64,000 nt of DNA from the human T2T-CHM13v2.0 reference genome, Homo sapiens: NCBI RefSeq assembly GCF_009914755.1, contig NC_060928.1. One strand, given 5' to 3'. The translations under genes and the position numbers were made by a program. The notes under the pieces are model-generated. The model made no database searches. It was not told the DNA's origin and saw only the letters and a program-made list of their open reading frames with translations. Positions 31,546 through 45,500 of this stretch are shown here, piece by piece (the stretch's first letter is position 1; every line of letters starts with the position of its first letter).

Positions 31546-34500
31546 TATTATATACATCTTACAGTCCTAAATATCTAATTGTTAATATTTGTTAGGATCA
31601 ATAATATATGTGGAAAAAAATTATAAAAACTTTTCACAGTCAAATTTAAACAAAAGATTGTATAGGAACTAGGTATTACTTCAAAACACTGTAACAAAAA
31701 TAGAACTGGAATTATATTTTAAATGCCTTGTGGCATCTACACTTATGGAATATTTAAGTTCTTCATTTCATCTCTCAATAAGAGAAACATAGTTTGATTA
31801 ATAGGTTAAGTATTCTTAGAAACTCTGAAAGGTAATATTGACATCATTAATTTATATATGAAACAAATGAAAAACAAGAACTTCTTCCAACTTCCCAAAA
31901 CTGTATGGGAAACAATTTTGAATATGAGTTTCTGGTTTGTAGAATAACTATGTCTACTTAGCCTGCTGTTGCTTTACTTTAATAACAAAAGATATTTATT
32001 GTTTTCTACTCTAAAGAAAGCTGTGCAGGGATAACAAACCCATCCTGTCAGCCATCTGAATAATGTCATTGAAAAATCCTAGTGTTGGAGTTGGAATCTT
32101 AGCTTCATTACTTACATCTTGGCCAAGATACCTTACTTCTCTGAGCTTGATTTCTTCAAGTGTAAAATGTGGATAATAATAATTACTCTAGAGTTACAAG
32201 ACTTGGAGAATATATAAAAGAGATACAGATATAGATATACACATATATAGAGAGATTAATATAATTTTTAGAGATAGATGTACTAAGAATATATATTAGA
32301 GGGTAATGTACATAAGGTATATTTCTTAGCACATACATGCCAAATAAATGTTAAATTGCTATTAACAAGACTTTATGCTCAACTAAATCTTTTATTTAGG
32401 AAAAATGTATGATTAAACTATAGAGTTACAAAGACAGCCAAACTAGGAACAAAGTAAAAAATTGATTTCAAACGTTTCAGTTTATATTTTCAAGTATTTT
32501 AAAAATATCTAAACCAAATTAAATTTTAATTTGAGTCTGAATCACTCTGTTCACATACATTCATTATGATCTTATCCTGTGCAAGAACCTGGTGTGTTCA
32601 AAGGATCTAACACAATCTTTAACCTCATAATGTTCAACTCCAAAGGTAATTTTAAAAAATCTGATAAAACAATGTAAAGATTATTTGGTTTCACATTGAA
32701 GATTAGGGACAATGTTTTAAATAAATTTCTAATAAATTATAAATTTATTTTAAAAATTTCAATTATAGAATAGATAATTTATAGTAGAGATGAATTAATA
32801 TTAAAATACAGGTATGCTACCAAATTTACAGTATGTATTAATGTATTATAGCTTAATAATTGAAATGGAGTTAGTATATATAATTCATGAATTTTTGCTA
32901 GGTAGAAGTGCAGAAAAATTAAGTCAAGTAAATTGTGCACTTTGTTTTGGTTTATTTTTAGATAGAAGGAACTTATACTCATTTATGTGATGGTAGAAAT
33001 GCTTTAGTAGAGATAAAAAAATGACAAAGAAAGAATGTAAAATTGTAAAAACTAAGTCCTTGAGGAGGAAAAAAGTGGCTTGGGGAGGCATGGGTCTTTT
33101 GACTGATGCATCTATCTCAATGCCTACTGGAAGAAGAAGGCTGCACATGTGCTGTCAATGCTGGTCAGTTGGTAAATTTGGTGTTGGTAATGAAAGGGCT
33201 AATTTATTATTGCTTCTAATTCTCAATGGAATTTTGAAGTAAGGCAATGAGCTGATGAAAGGATATTAGCAGTTTGAGGAGATGAGAAATTTGGAAATAG
33301 TAGTTCTGAAGAATGGGACACATAATATAGGAAGGTAAAAAAACTGCTGGCATTTTTAGTGCCTATTTTAGATTTGTGGTTATGAATTTAATTTAATCAA
33401 ACATTGGTTGCCACCCACATTTTTGTTGCTGTGTCCAACTGCTGGCTGCACCTTCTTGGGCACTGAATGTTGCAAAACCATGCCTATCAAGCCCATTTGG
33501 GCTTTGTGCACGGAACAATTCAGCACTCTGACAGGGTCCAGTCAGTTACCACATCCTCTTTCTCATCTATGGCTGGTCCTTACCCTCTCTACCAAGCTTG
33601 AGAACAACCAAGTTTCAAGAAAAGCATATCATGGTATCTCCTCAGGAAGGGGACAATGACCTAGTGATTATTTTCTGGCATGTCTCCCTACGAGGCTCAG
33701 TTGGTTGGTAGGTTTGGTGTGGGTGATAGGATAGAGAAATTTTATTATGGATTATATTCAGTCAGTGGAGAGAGAATTCATTGTTATAAAATGAAGATTT
33801 TGAGAAAGATAATTTTCAACATCTCTTTGAGCTCTAAAAATTCTATCACTCTTTGTTGGCTGCCACATCTTATTACACCCAAGAAAAAGTGTGTAAAGCT
33901 TACACAAGGTAAACCTAAAAGGTTCATAAGTATGCTGTCATTTCTGATATGGATTCTACATATGCCCATTTGGAACAAAATTTATAGGAGTAGTTGAGAC
34001 TTTGGAAATACTCTTCTCTTTCTATTCAAAATAAATTCCCTGAAAATTCAGTTAAATCTAAAACTTAGAATGTATTGAGCATTTATTATATGCCAGGTAA
34101 TGCTCTATGTATTTTTGCCCCTATGGTCTTATTTAATAAGATAAGAAAGAATGGTCTTTTAAGTTCCTACTACTCTCATTTGATGAGGAGATCTACAGGC
34201 TTTAAGTAACCTAAGGTTTCACTTGAAGTGTGGAGCTGGGGTTAGACATAGGTGTACAATCCTATGCCTCCTGCTTCTCAAATAACTTCCATTTAAAATA
34301 ACTGCTTTCTCTGAATATGATATAATTTAAAATTATGCTTGAACAATTACTAAAGGTTGCTACCAATCTAAATATCTATGTTCATCCAACTCTATCAAAT
34401 ATGGCATCATATTTCAGTTGATGAGCAATGGTAATATGATGTTAACAATTTTTAAATCAAAACATTCCTCTTAAATTTTAAGCTATTGTACTAACAGATG

Positions 34501-34739
34501 AAAAATTTGAAAGCTCCTAAAATTCATAATGAATATAAAATGTCATTCTGACATTTTCAATATGTCAGTCATAAAACACTTAACATAGTTTTTGAATATT
34601 TTCTCCTTCAGAGCTTTTCACTTGGTTTAATTATTGCATAAATGTTTATTGAGAGTCTGCTTATCAGCAAACATTCATTAACTATTTATGGGCTAAGTTA
34701 AAGTTTCCCAGCCTGGAGGTAACCAAGATTATCAAGGTT

Positions 34740-34900
34740 ATATGGGTTTCTATGTGGCAGGCTCTGTTCTAAACGCTTTAGGTACACAATTCTACTTAAT
34801 CCTCATAATAACCCCATGAGGTACTATAATGATCATCCCCATTTTCCCATGAAAAAACTGAAGGATAGATAGTTTAAGTTATATGGCTGATGTCACATAA
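34740..34900 (-). mobile_element. MIR fragment
   Basis: ttaatcctcataataaccccatgaggt...atccccattt...aaactga. Confidence 0.6.
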
Positions 34901-36449
34901 GTTCTTTGCTTTTAATCACTGTGATAAATATATGAGAGATATGTATATACATATAATATTTATGTATTTTTTAATTAGACTATATGAAGTTTATAATTTA
35001 GTGTATTCTTGTACACTCAGGGATTAAGAGGAAAGAAGTAAGTAAGTATAAAAACTGAAACAGAAGTATGCAGAAAAGACGGTAGGAACAGAGCAGAATG
35101 CACTTGACTCTGCCTGAGGTGGGGTGAGAAAATGACCAGAAAAGCATTGGTGAGGAGATGAGGGTGGTAGAGAGTCTAGAAAGATGCAATGATGTCTTCC
35201 CAGAGATGAATGAAGAACACTCTACCAAAGGAAGCCCTGCTTAGAAGGAAACAGGAAAATGAGGATGCGGCCCTAGTGGGAAAGTACAAGTACTCTGGCA
35301 GTGATAATCCAAAGAAGGTATAAATGGAAAATTGTTGGGAGATTGCAACAGAACTTTGGCAGAGGCCAGATTTTGAAGGCCCTTATATGGAATGCTTAGG
35401 AATTATGCTTTAGTCTCCAAGTAGTGGAAACTTCTAAAAATTTTAAGCAGGGAAGTGTCATGATTTCGACTATTGTAGGAATTTTACTCAGGTCTTATTG
35501 TAGAGGTGGATTCAGAACCTGTAAGCAATATAATCATTTAGGAGGTTATTGAAATAGTGATAATAGAGCACAGATGTCTCAATACCTATGAACCCTAAAA
35601 CAATATATTAATTCAAAACTATTATGTACCTTCTAAGTTGTAGCCCCAGGGGTGAGTTGGAATTCAAAGCTGGATAAGATATATTAATAATATTCAATAA
35701 CATGTCTTGAGATTTTTGATTGAAGGAATTTGAAGTAATTAATCACTGGCCTTTCCATTACCCTATTTCCAATTTCTCATTTAGTGTTATACTTTTAACA
35801 TCACTGTTTAAATACACATTTCCTCTCACTTGTCACAGGCTTAGCAGGGTTCCAATAGATTCTGCCAAACATGACAACCAACAACAACTAAAACAGTTTG
35901 CAAGTGCAGAGACCTTAAAAAATACACCCCAGTCACCTTTTTGGACATCTCAGAACTAACAATATCATGCAGAACACCATGCCAGATAAAATATATTAAA
36001 ATTAAAACACATGGGGTTTAATTTTAACCCTTTTTTTAATCAACAGATTAAAATTGGATGAGAGCTATGACTATACTTACAGAAAGCTTTAAAAAGAATA
36101 AAAGCCACTTCTTGTAAGGTTTTTATATGATTAATATTGTGAAGACATAACTATAAATTTAAAATAATGTTTACTTTAAAATTACATAATATGTAAAATT
36201 CTCAAAGTACTTTCACATATGTTATGTCAATTGATGAGTAGAATAACTTTTAAGATTGGTAAGTCAATAATAACATTACTATGATTCTATAGATGAAAAC
36301 AATGCATCTCAGAAATATAAAAAAATGTATTCAAGGTCAAAGTCAGTAATTTGTTGAATCAGCACTGTACTGTAATTCAGATTTCCTTACTATAAATTAT
36401 ATGCTATTTCTTCTCAATCACATTGCCTGCCAGGGGGAAATAAATAATC

Positions 36450-36980
36450 ATTTATTCATCTATTCATCCATTCATTCATTCTTCACACATTTACTTAGTG
36501 CCTATTAGCACAAAGCACTGGATTGGGTGCTGTGAGATTTATGGAGATTATAAATCAGCTTTGCTGCTTAGGGGACCAGCAAGGGAAGGAAGAGGTTCAG
36601 TAATAGCTGTGAAGGAGTGGAAAATCATGCCTAATGAGACAGTTACAGAAAGGAGTAAGAAAGCTCATCGTTGAGATAAATCATTTCTGGCTAAGGAATC
36701 ATGGAAAGCTGTATAAGCAAAGTGGTATTTTAGGTGAGTTTTAATGAGTGGTTGGCATTTGGGCAAAGAGAGATAGGGTGTACATTCCAAGGAGTGAAAA
36801 CAGAATGAGCCAAAGAAGAGAGGAAATTGAGATGTTCTTGAGAAACTGTGAATCATCCATTTCCCTGGAGTAGAGTTTGAAGGTAGAAGGAGAAAGATCT
36901 GGCTAAAAATATTGTTTAAAGACTGGACTGAGGTGTTTATAATTTTCATAGGAGGCAGAATGGGGTGATGAAAAATAATT
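36450..36980 (-). mobile_element. L2 fragment
   Basis: (ATTC)n followed by catttacttagtgcctatta..gcactgg. Confidence 0.55.
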
Positions 36981-37336
36981 AAGTCACATAAGTTTAGGTT
37001 TAAATAGCTCTGCTGCTTAAGAAGCTGTGTGACCATAACCAATTTATATAATTTCTCTAAAATTTTCATATGCCATCCATAAAATGTGGACATTTGTGAA
37101 ATATTTTAGAAATATTTTTCAAATAAAAATAATTTTACCTTCAGCGTGAATGTGAAGATCAAATAACAGGATGTCTGAAAAACAAATGGCACAAGAAGGC
37201 CTTCAGCATAAAATTATTTCTTTTCCTATTCTTTGGTAGCCAGTGGGGGACCTGGGAGGGTGTTCGCTGAGGATGGTGATGTCATGAGAGTCTGTTTTAG
37301 TAAAGCAAATGTGTTGGGTAAATTAGAGGAGAGAGG

Positions 37337-37653
37337 GGCTGGGCAAGGTGGCTCATTCCTATAGTTCCAGCACTTTGGGAGGGCGAGGTGGGTGGATCAC
37401 TTAAGCCCAGGAGTTAGAGACCAGCTTGGACAACATGGCAAAACCCTGTCTCTACAAAAAACGCAAAAATTAGCCTGGCATGATGGTGCACACCTGTAGT
37501 CCTAGGTACTTGGGAGGCTGAAGCAGGAGGATGACTTGAGCCTGGGAGGTTGAGGCTGCAGTGAGCCATGATTATGCCGCTGCACTCCAGCCTGGGCGAC
37601 ACAGCAGGACCCTATCTCAAAAAACAGTAAAAAAATAAAAATAAAAAATAAAA
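37337..37653 (+). mobile_element. AluJ element
   Basis: Full dimer with AluJ diagnostics (gcccaggagtt, gagcctgggaggttgaggctgcagtgagccatgat) and A-rich tail. Confidence 0.95.
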
Positions 37654-38957
37654 TAGAAGAGAGAGATTAAAAGATGAGAAGCAGAAAGTCTTTTATTTTT
37701 ATTATTTTTTTTACAATAGGGCATGGAAAAAAATGCCTCAATGAGGTAACACCACTGGGAATATAACTAGAATTATAAAAGAACACTGAAACAAACTCTA
37801 ATTATATCAAGGTAAAGTCTTACAAAAAAGATGAAATCAAAATTAATTTTAGAATATTGCTATAAGAAAAAACTGAATGAAACCAAACTTTGAAATAAAA
37901 AGACTTTTATACTGAGCTCATATTAAAGGCAGGGGCCCTAGGTCTTTTGGTTCTCCTATCTTTGATTTCTAAGAGTTGTCATTTGGATGACACAAGACAT
38001 CGTCAGCCTTCTGCGCCTGGATAATTTCCACCTTTAAGAACAGCTATTTCGGAAACTCAATAGAATTATCTAAATAGGAATTCACTTCAATGGCTTTTTT
38101 TAAAGACTCTTTAAAATTATGGACTTTGAGCTTAAGAGTGTGCCAATAGTTTACTTGACCATAATTCTACTATCAGAAAGCCCATATGGTCAAATAGGAA
38201 TTGGCAGCTCTTTGTCAAATGGTTTGACTATTGAGCCATTCTTTTTGAAATGGATGTGTGAGGTGTCAAAGCCACCCTCTCCACTTGTTATATCCATTTT
38301 CCAGAGTCAAAGTAAGGCTTGAAGAAAACTCTTGTTTTTCCTGAACTTCTAACAGTAAACATGTACATTTTTCGAAATGTTTAAGTATCAACTAAATATA
38401 TATGAAAGTAATGACTGAACTCATATAACTAATGTAATTTATATTTATTGAGTCTTGTCTGGATGTAACATGCTGCTTAAAACTAGGCCTTGAATGAAAG
38501 AAGTGGATGGAAGAGGAAGCATGCATGACCATGATGTTTACAATAAGCTGATGGGAAATGAGTGTGTGTGTACACACATGCCTATCAAATGAAATAATCA
38601 AACTCTATTGCCCTAAGCTTACTTGACTCCTTCTCCTATCAGAGTGGCTGAAAGAATTCAGTTACCTTTTCAGGGTTTCCAACACTAGGACAATTATAAC
38701 TTGAAAATTTAATATCTAAAATATTTGTAGTATTTTGTAAACTGGAAGACACGTTCCCCTGCCTTGACAGGCCACTACCATCCACAGAGGAGGCCTATCT
38801 GGATTCTATCTTCCTAGACCAAACTAGGCCACCAGAGCTCCCGACTGAGTGCCTGACTGTACAGTGTGGCTATAGCTGACAAGGCCCAGCTGAGGCAATT
38901 CCAGGAAGAGGCTATAATTAAAACCAGAAACTCATTACTTTCTAAGAGATGATCTGG

Positions 38958-38985
38958 AAAAAAAAAAAAAAAAAAAAAAAAAAAA
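38958..38985. repeat. Poly(A) homopolymer (~28 nt)
   Basis: Directly visible; no adjacent retroelement body recognised. Confidence 0.9.
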
Positions 38986-39177
38986 CCCACCATGATTTTC
39001 ATCCCGATTTATTTAAGTCTTTACCAAAATTTCAAACTTTCCAATATATTTGCTTTCATTCAGATTCTAATATCTATATGTCTATGTCCCTCCTCTACTC
39101 TCACTCAGTCCTTTCCCCATCCCAACTCCCTAACCCTTTCCAATATGCCCACTGTTATTTAGCAAAATCCTCCTTAA

Positions 39178-39396
<219 letters not shown>

Positions 39397-40489
39397 AGCA
39401 AAATCCTCTTTAACTTCATCTCTTCCCTGGACAGCCCCTGTACCTTTTTGCTGTAATTAATTGCTGGCTGTCCCTGCCATATTTTCAAGTTGGGGCCGGG
39501 CTTTTACTCACATCCCAATATTCACAGAGCCTGGAGCAGGTATGGGTGCTCTCTTAGTTTCTCACTGGCACTTCTAGACAATTTTGGCTCTTGTCTCCCT
39601 TTAAAAGCTCAATGCCTTTGAAAAGTAAGGCAACAGACAATAGACTCATTATCTTTGCTGTTAGAGTCCTTCATCCAATTTCAGGCCTTTCCGGAACCTG
39701 ATCCCTCATTCATAGATGATCCCAGCACTGGCTCGCTGTCGTCTTTGCTACTATTTCTCTTTTTATTCTCAGTGATTTCTCAATGGATATCCATGGGAGT
39801 GATTATTCAACACTCTGTCCTTGAAATACTTTGCCTTCCTTACTTCCAAAGATGTTTTACCCCATCTGACCTTAGCACTCATTACCATATAATTTTCAAA
39901 ACCTGTACTACATAACTAAATTTTGATCCCCTGCATATACTTTCCCAATCACTATTATCTATGTTTTCAACTTTCCAAGTTTACTATGGTGTTCTCATTT
40001 CAATGACATCCAGACAGTTAATTTATTGACCTCAGCACTTTTTAAGAGAACATAAGCCCCCATAGTATTCCCCCTTTCTTTGCAAAGGGTCCATGATCCA
40101 CCATGCTAATTATTTGGCAAATCTCAAAAACTAGTTAATTCCACCTCTTCAACTGTACTTCTGCACACAAGCACCAAGCAGGGTGGGAGAAAAACAAACA
40201 AAAAATGCCTGGTGTCTGTTAAAATTTATGACCACAAATCTCAAGTGGGCTCTCGTTACATCCCAGTATTTTTACTGCATTTCTTTACCCAATTCACTTT
40301 CTTACTCTCCTAGCAGATATTTTGTATCTCTCGCCCTCTCTCGTTAAACCTTCAGATCTTCCTTCTCAGCTAATTACCTGTAGGATAATTCAGAAGAGAA
40401 TTACTTCAGAGTCCCAAAACCAAATCTTCCAAGCTATTTGCATCTGTACATCTATACTCTCTCTTCTTTCCTAGGAAAATTAATGAACT

Positions 40490-41840
40490 GGTAAAAAATA
40501 TCCAAGGCAATTTTGAAGAACAAGCAGGAGGTTTTACATTCAAGATATTAATATTTATTATAAACCTATAGTAGTTAAGAGAACATAGCATTGACACAAC
40601 AAATCGATAGCGAAAACAATGAGAATTGGAATGGAAAAGTGCAGAAACAGATCAAACATGTGCATTCATCTGATTTATGAAAAGGTGATGCTGCAGTGCA
40701 ATGGAGACGGTATGGTCTTTTTAATAAACAGTGTGGGTCAAATGGGTATACACATGGAAAAAATAATCTTGAACTCTCATTTACACCATACTAAAAACTA
40801 ATTTCAGATGAATCGTAATCTAAATACAAAAACAAAACAATAAAACTCTTAGGGATAAAAGACCATGGTCATGATCTTGGGGTAGGGAGAATCTCTTAAA
40901 TAGGACATAAAAAGAAAAAGATTATAACATGGATTACAAGAAAATTAAAACCTCCCGTTAATAAAAAAAATGAAAAATCGCTAAAAAAAACCAAACACAC
41001 CAAAACCACTAAAAAACATACACTAAAAAACCAAAACACTGTTGAGGAGAGTGAAGAAGCAAGCCACAGTAGGGGAAAAGAGACTTGCAATACAAATATC
41101 TAACAAAGGAATAGAATATATAACTACCACAAATTAATAAGGCAGAAACAATCATCTAAAGAGAAATTAGGCAAAATACTTGAATAAATACTTCTTTAAA
41201 GGGGATATAAAATGGGTCCATAAAAATGTGAAAAGATGCTCAACTTTATTAGTTGTCAGGAAAATGCAAATTTAAACCATAATGATGTAGCAGTGCATAA
41301 TGACCAGAGTGGCTAAAATGAAAAAAGATAATACTAAATGTTGACAAAGATGTGAAACAAGTAGAACATTCCATACAGTTACTGGTGAGAGTACAAACTG
41401 GTAGAATCACTTTGGGAAACTTGAGCAGTATCTACCAAAACTGAACACAGACATCCCTTTAACCCAGGATTTCCACTTCTTGATAGATATCTAAGAGAAA
41501 TGCATAACCTATGTTCACAAAAAACATATACAAGTATTTTTATGGTAGCACTGTTTATAATAACCCAACTATGAAAACAACCCAAATGTCTATTAACAGT
41601 AGAATGGGTAAATAAATTGTAATATGCTTATGCAAAGGAATACTATTCAATGATAGTGAGTATGTACAGGCAACAACATGGAAAAATTTTACAAACATAA
41701 TGCTAAAAGAAACCAGACATAGAAGAGTACCCTCTCTGTAATTCCATTTGTATAAAGTTCAAAACCAGGCAAAATTAATTTAAGGTATGAGAAACTGGGA
41801 GAGTGATTATCCATGGTGAGGGATACCAGTTGGGTAGGGG
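40490..41840 (+). mobile_element. Ancient L1M (L1MD/ME-like) 3' fragment
   Basis: Decayed ORF2 end (gaaaagatgctcaac, aaaatgcaaatttaaaccataatg, aaacaacccaaatgtctattaacagtagaatgg) and 3' UTR (tataaagttcaaaaccaggcaaaattaat). Confidence 0.8.
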
Positions 41841-42524
41841 GTTGTTTTAAGCACAGTGAATTTATCAAATATCCTATTAGAAATAAACATTATTTGAGTT
41901 TCCTTCACATTTGTTAACAGTGATCATCATGGTATTTCAAGTGGGATAAATGAGTAACAAAATAGTAAAAACACAAAATTACTATCAAAGATACAAATTC
42001 AATTCAGATTGTCAACCTTTCCTCCTCTAAAGTCTGCATAAAACATGTCTAGGTTTTGCAAAACTTATAATTCACTTTATGAAGCCTTCACTATATTCTC
42101 TTTTAAGAAAAAAATGATATTTTTAATCCATATCTTTATTTGCAAAACTGTAAAAAAAGAAGTGAGTAAATTACTTTGAAATAAATCAAACACAGGCAGT
42201 CACTTTCCCAATCAACCTTTTATCTCATCAGGACAACTGTGAACACCTAGAATGCTGTTTCTCAAAGCCCAGTGCATAGAATCCCTACATCACTACCCCT
42301 CTTAGAATCTGTTGCCACATCAATATAAAATGGGCATGACAAGAGCAACTATCTAAAGTTGTTGCAAGGATTAAATGAGACAATGCATATAAAATTCATT
42401 ACCCCAGAACACAGTGACTGCTCAGCAGACGCTAACATTTAATACTAACAGTCTTAATTTATTTTTGATGATGTCATCATCACAATAACCTGACATGCTC
42501 ATTAAATCACTATTGATTTCTAGA

Positions 42525-42622
42525 CTCAACCCCGGACCTACCAAAGCTGAAGGGCCCTGAAATCTGCATTTTAACTAGCATTTGGACTGATTCTTTTTGC
42601 ACACTACAACTTGAGAACTACT
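42525..42622. mobile_element. MER5-like fragment
   Basis: gaaatctgcattttaac...tgattct...acttgagaactact. Confidence 0.55.
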
Positions 42623-43072
42623 ATCCAGAGATTAGGGCTCACTTCTTGTTTCTTCTTCATGGCTCCAATGCAGGGGTCTGTACACATGAACGCTTATTGA
42701 CAGGCTGACTGATAATCAATATTGCCAGACTAGTATGATGTAAATTATTAAGGGAATCTGCAATTTGTTACAGATTCGTGTAGTAAAAGAAAATGGATTT
42801 TTAATTTTTGACTCCAGAAAAATATAAAGGGAGGGCTGTTTTGTTAATAGTATCAAAAGTAACTTCAGCTTCAATTATGTAAACTCTTTGTCATGTGAAG
42901 ATATTTGAATCATGTCACACTTCACATAACCCATTTTATTTCCCTTAAAATAGTTTAGTTCATTTCAGTTTTTTTTTATGGCTTCCTTTTTTAATTTAGA
43001 AGATCCACAAGGCATAGACATGTGTTCATAGAGAGAACAAATGACCATATTCTCTGGGACCTGCATTATTAA

Positions 43073-43202
43073 CTCATTTATGCCTAGTGTTCCATTATTG
43101 GAATTCTAAGCATGTGGGAGTAATTTATATACTACTGCCCAAGATCATTGCCAGGGGCTGATTGCAAAAATTCAAAACATTGCAACCTCAGGCATAAATG
43201 GG
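43073..43202 (+). mobile_element. MER85 non-autonomous piggyBac (PGBD3-derived) MITE
   Basis: TTAA target duplications at 43069-43072 and 43203-43206. 13-bp TIRs ctcatttatgcct / aggcataaatggg. Internal palindrome gttccattattggaat (43089-43104). 130 bp between the TTAAs. Confidence 0.93.
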
Positions 43203-45096
43203 TTAATAATGAGTCCAGAACTGGGCTTCCATAACTGCTTTATTTCTTACATCTGTGTTCATTTAAATGAAGGTTCCAGCAATTTGTCTAAAAGGAGAAA
43301 TTGCAAGTGAAAAAGTATTCAAATGTTTAATTCAAATAGAAATTTAAATCAAATCACAGTAGCTATTTGTACTTTTTGTCTATAAAAGTTATACAACCTG
43401 TTGCACTAAATAAAAATTTTTAATGAGAAAAGAAATCTCATCAGATGTTTGATTGCATTGAAATTACAGAGACGTTAATCTTTCACCAAAGAGAAAAATT
43501 AGGAAATATTTCCAGCTTAGTTTCTCTTTCATTTTATTAAGTAAACATAATGGTTAAAAGATAAAACCTACATATTGTTTCAGTGCAAGATAATGTTTAA
43601 GAACAAATTTTCTTGTTTGGTGAAAAGCCTTGAACATATGCTTTATTGTGAAAAATAAATTCATATAGTTCAGTTACTTATTTTCAACCACAGTTGGCTA
43701 TCTGTGTAAATCTAAATTCTATAAGTTAGTTGAAGAGGTCCAGTGAGGCTTTGTGAGACATTTATTTCATGAGCCATATATAAGGGTGTTTGGAATCAGA
43801 CATGAAGAACTTGACCTCTAGGCCACCAGATGCACTAGTTATTTTCCAGCCAATAATCTACTCCTTTATAAATATCAAATACCCTTGATTTTCTGATGCC
43901 ACAGTTAACCTTTAAAATGACCCTGAAGTACAGTGAGACTTTTCTCATTCTCAGGAGAGGGAAGGACAATAATTTTTTTCTTTTCTGGCAATGATGCTAA
44001 GTTCTGACAGTTTGCTAAGCAGTGGAAATCATGCTGTAAGCAAAAGTCTCTGCGAGACAGAGATTCTTACAAAATAGTCTTTATTTTTCCAATGGATACT
44101 GGCTACTTTTATAGGATCCAATTCCAAGAACAACTTCACAGAAGCAAGGGTTCCCTGTCCTGCAACTGAAATCACAAGACATAGATTGAAATGGCTAAGG
44201 CTTTTCTTCTACCTCTGTCCAGCTTAACCCCTGCCCTTCCTAGTTTATCTTCGTTCCACAGGCTGAATTTGTACATCCAAATCAATTACAGTAGCCTGTG
44301 TTCTGATAGGATAGAGTAAAAATATGAAAATGTTTGAACAATTTAAGTAGAAGATTTAGCTACTTAGCAAAGCAGCAACAATATGAAAAGCACTTTACTT
44401 AAGCATCCAAATAGTCTGATTTCTGTTGGTTAGTCAGAAAATTCCAGACCTGTGAAGAGCAACAGAAAACTGCAGATGAAGTTTGACTCCTCTTGAGCAC
44501 TTACCATTGTATTTCCTTGCATTTTGAGAACTGCTTTGCTAATTAAATATGGCCTTCATTAGGGGGTCTCATAAGAGAAAATGACCCATCAAAGACCGAA
44601 GCAGAGTCATACATAAACTGGTCATATTTTACATTACTCTATATCTGTTTCGTTGGTTCATTTTCTCTGATAATTCTAGATTTAAGAATGCACCAAGAGT
44701 AAAAAAAATTTTTGATCTTTCTTATCAGTGATGGTGAGTGTGAATTCTAGTATGACATCTGAAACAAAATCTGAGCATGCTCAAAAGTAGAATAGATTTG
44801 AAACAGGAGACCATTTCTGGAAATCTCTGGTTTGTGGGTATTTATACGTTCTCATCTCATTTAGAAACTTATAATTGGCTCTGTAAAAAGGAAAACTAGA
44901 CTACACTAGTGACTAGAAAATTAAGATCATTAACATTGTATCCATTTTAACACGGTACCCCAATACCATACATCATTCATTCATTCTTCATTCATTCAGT
45001 TGTTCCCCATACTTTCTGTTACTCCCTTAAATTTGGAGCTGGATCTTCATTAAATGCTTAAGATTTCTCCAAGGAATAAATATAAGAAGTAGGAAC

Positions 45097-45102
45097 ACTT
45101 AC
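45097..45102 (-). other. ARSJ: 5' splice donor ending the ARSJ first coding exon
   Basis: Minus strand ACTGGAAA|GTAAGT, a consensus +1..+6. Sulfatase similarity stops here (phase 2). Confidence 0.93.
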
Positions 45103-45500
45103 TTTCCAGTAATAAACTGACTCCTGGATGGTGTGCAAATAGGCTGGACATAGTAGTTCTCCAGTTTAACTCCTTCGGCAGCGAGCTTGTCAAGAGTAGG
45201 TGTTTTAATCTCAGATCCGTGGTAACCCACATCTCTAAATCCCTGATCATCCGCTAGGATGAAAATGAGATGGGGCTGGGAGGTGGAAGTTGTGCTGGGC
45301 TCTAGTTTCTCTCCAGCTTGAGCTAGTAAGGCCCCTTCTTCCTCCTCTTCTAAGGCCTGGCCCCAGGACAGGTAACCATAAGTGAGGAGGCAGAGGATCC
45401 AGAATCCTGCCAGCGCCCCCATTGCTAGCATCTTTCCAGGACAGACACAGGCCTGTGGAGAAGGCGGAGGCGGATGCCCCGCACAGCCCCTGGGAGCCAT
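45103..45500 (-). CDS. ARSJ: Arylsulfatase J, first coding exon (398 nt, codons 1-133 partial)
   Basis: [13 protein letters not shown]...[59 protein letters not shown] has a hydrophobic signal segment, D84/D85 metal ligands and the C-x-P-x-R motif (Cys122, 45135-45137, formylglycine site). Recognised as ARSJ of the ARSB/I/J clade. Confidence 0.95.

Noticed and set aside
35996-36027. Short AT-rich inverted repeat (ttaaaattaaa / tttaattttaa)
   Set aside because: Arms of about 11 bp of pure A/T are expected by chance in this base composition.
45099-45102. ARSJ as a complete 133-aa protein
   Set aside because: The TAA lies within the GTAAGT splice donor; the sulfatase continues in a downstream exon outside the window.
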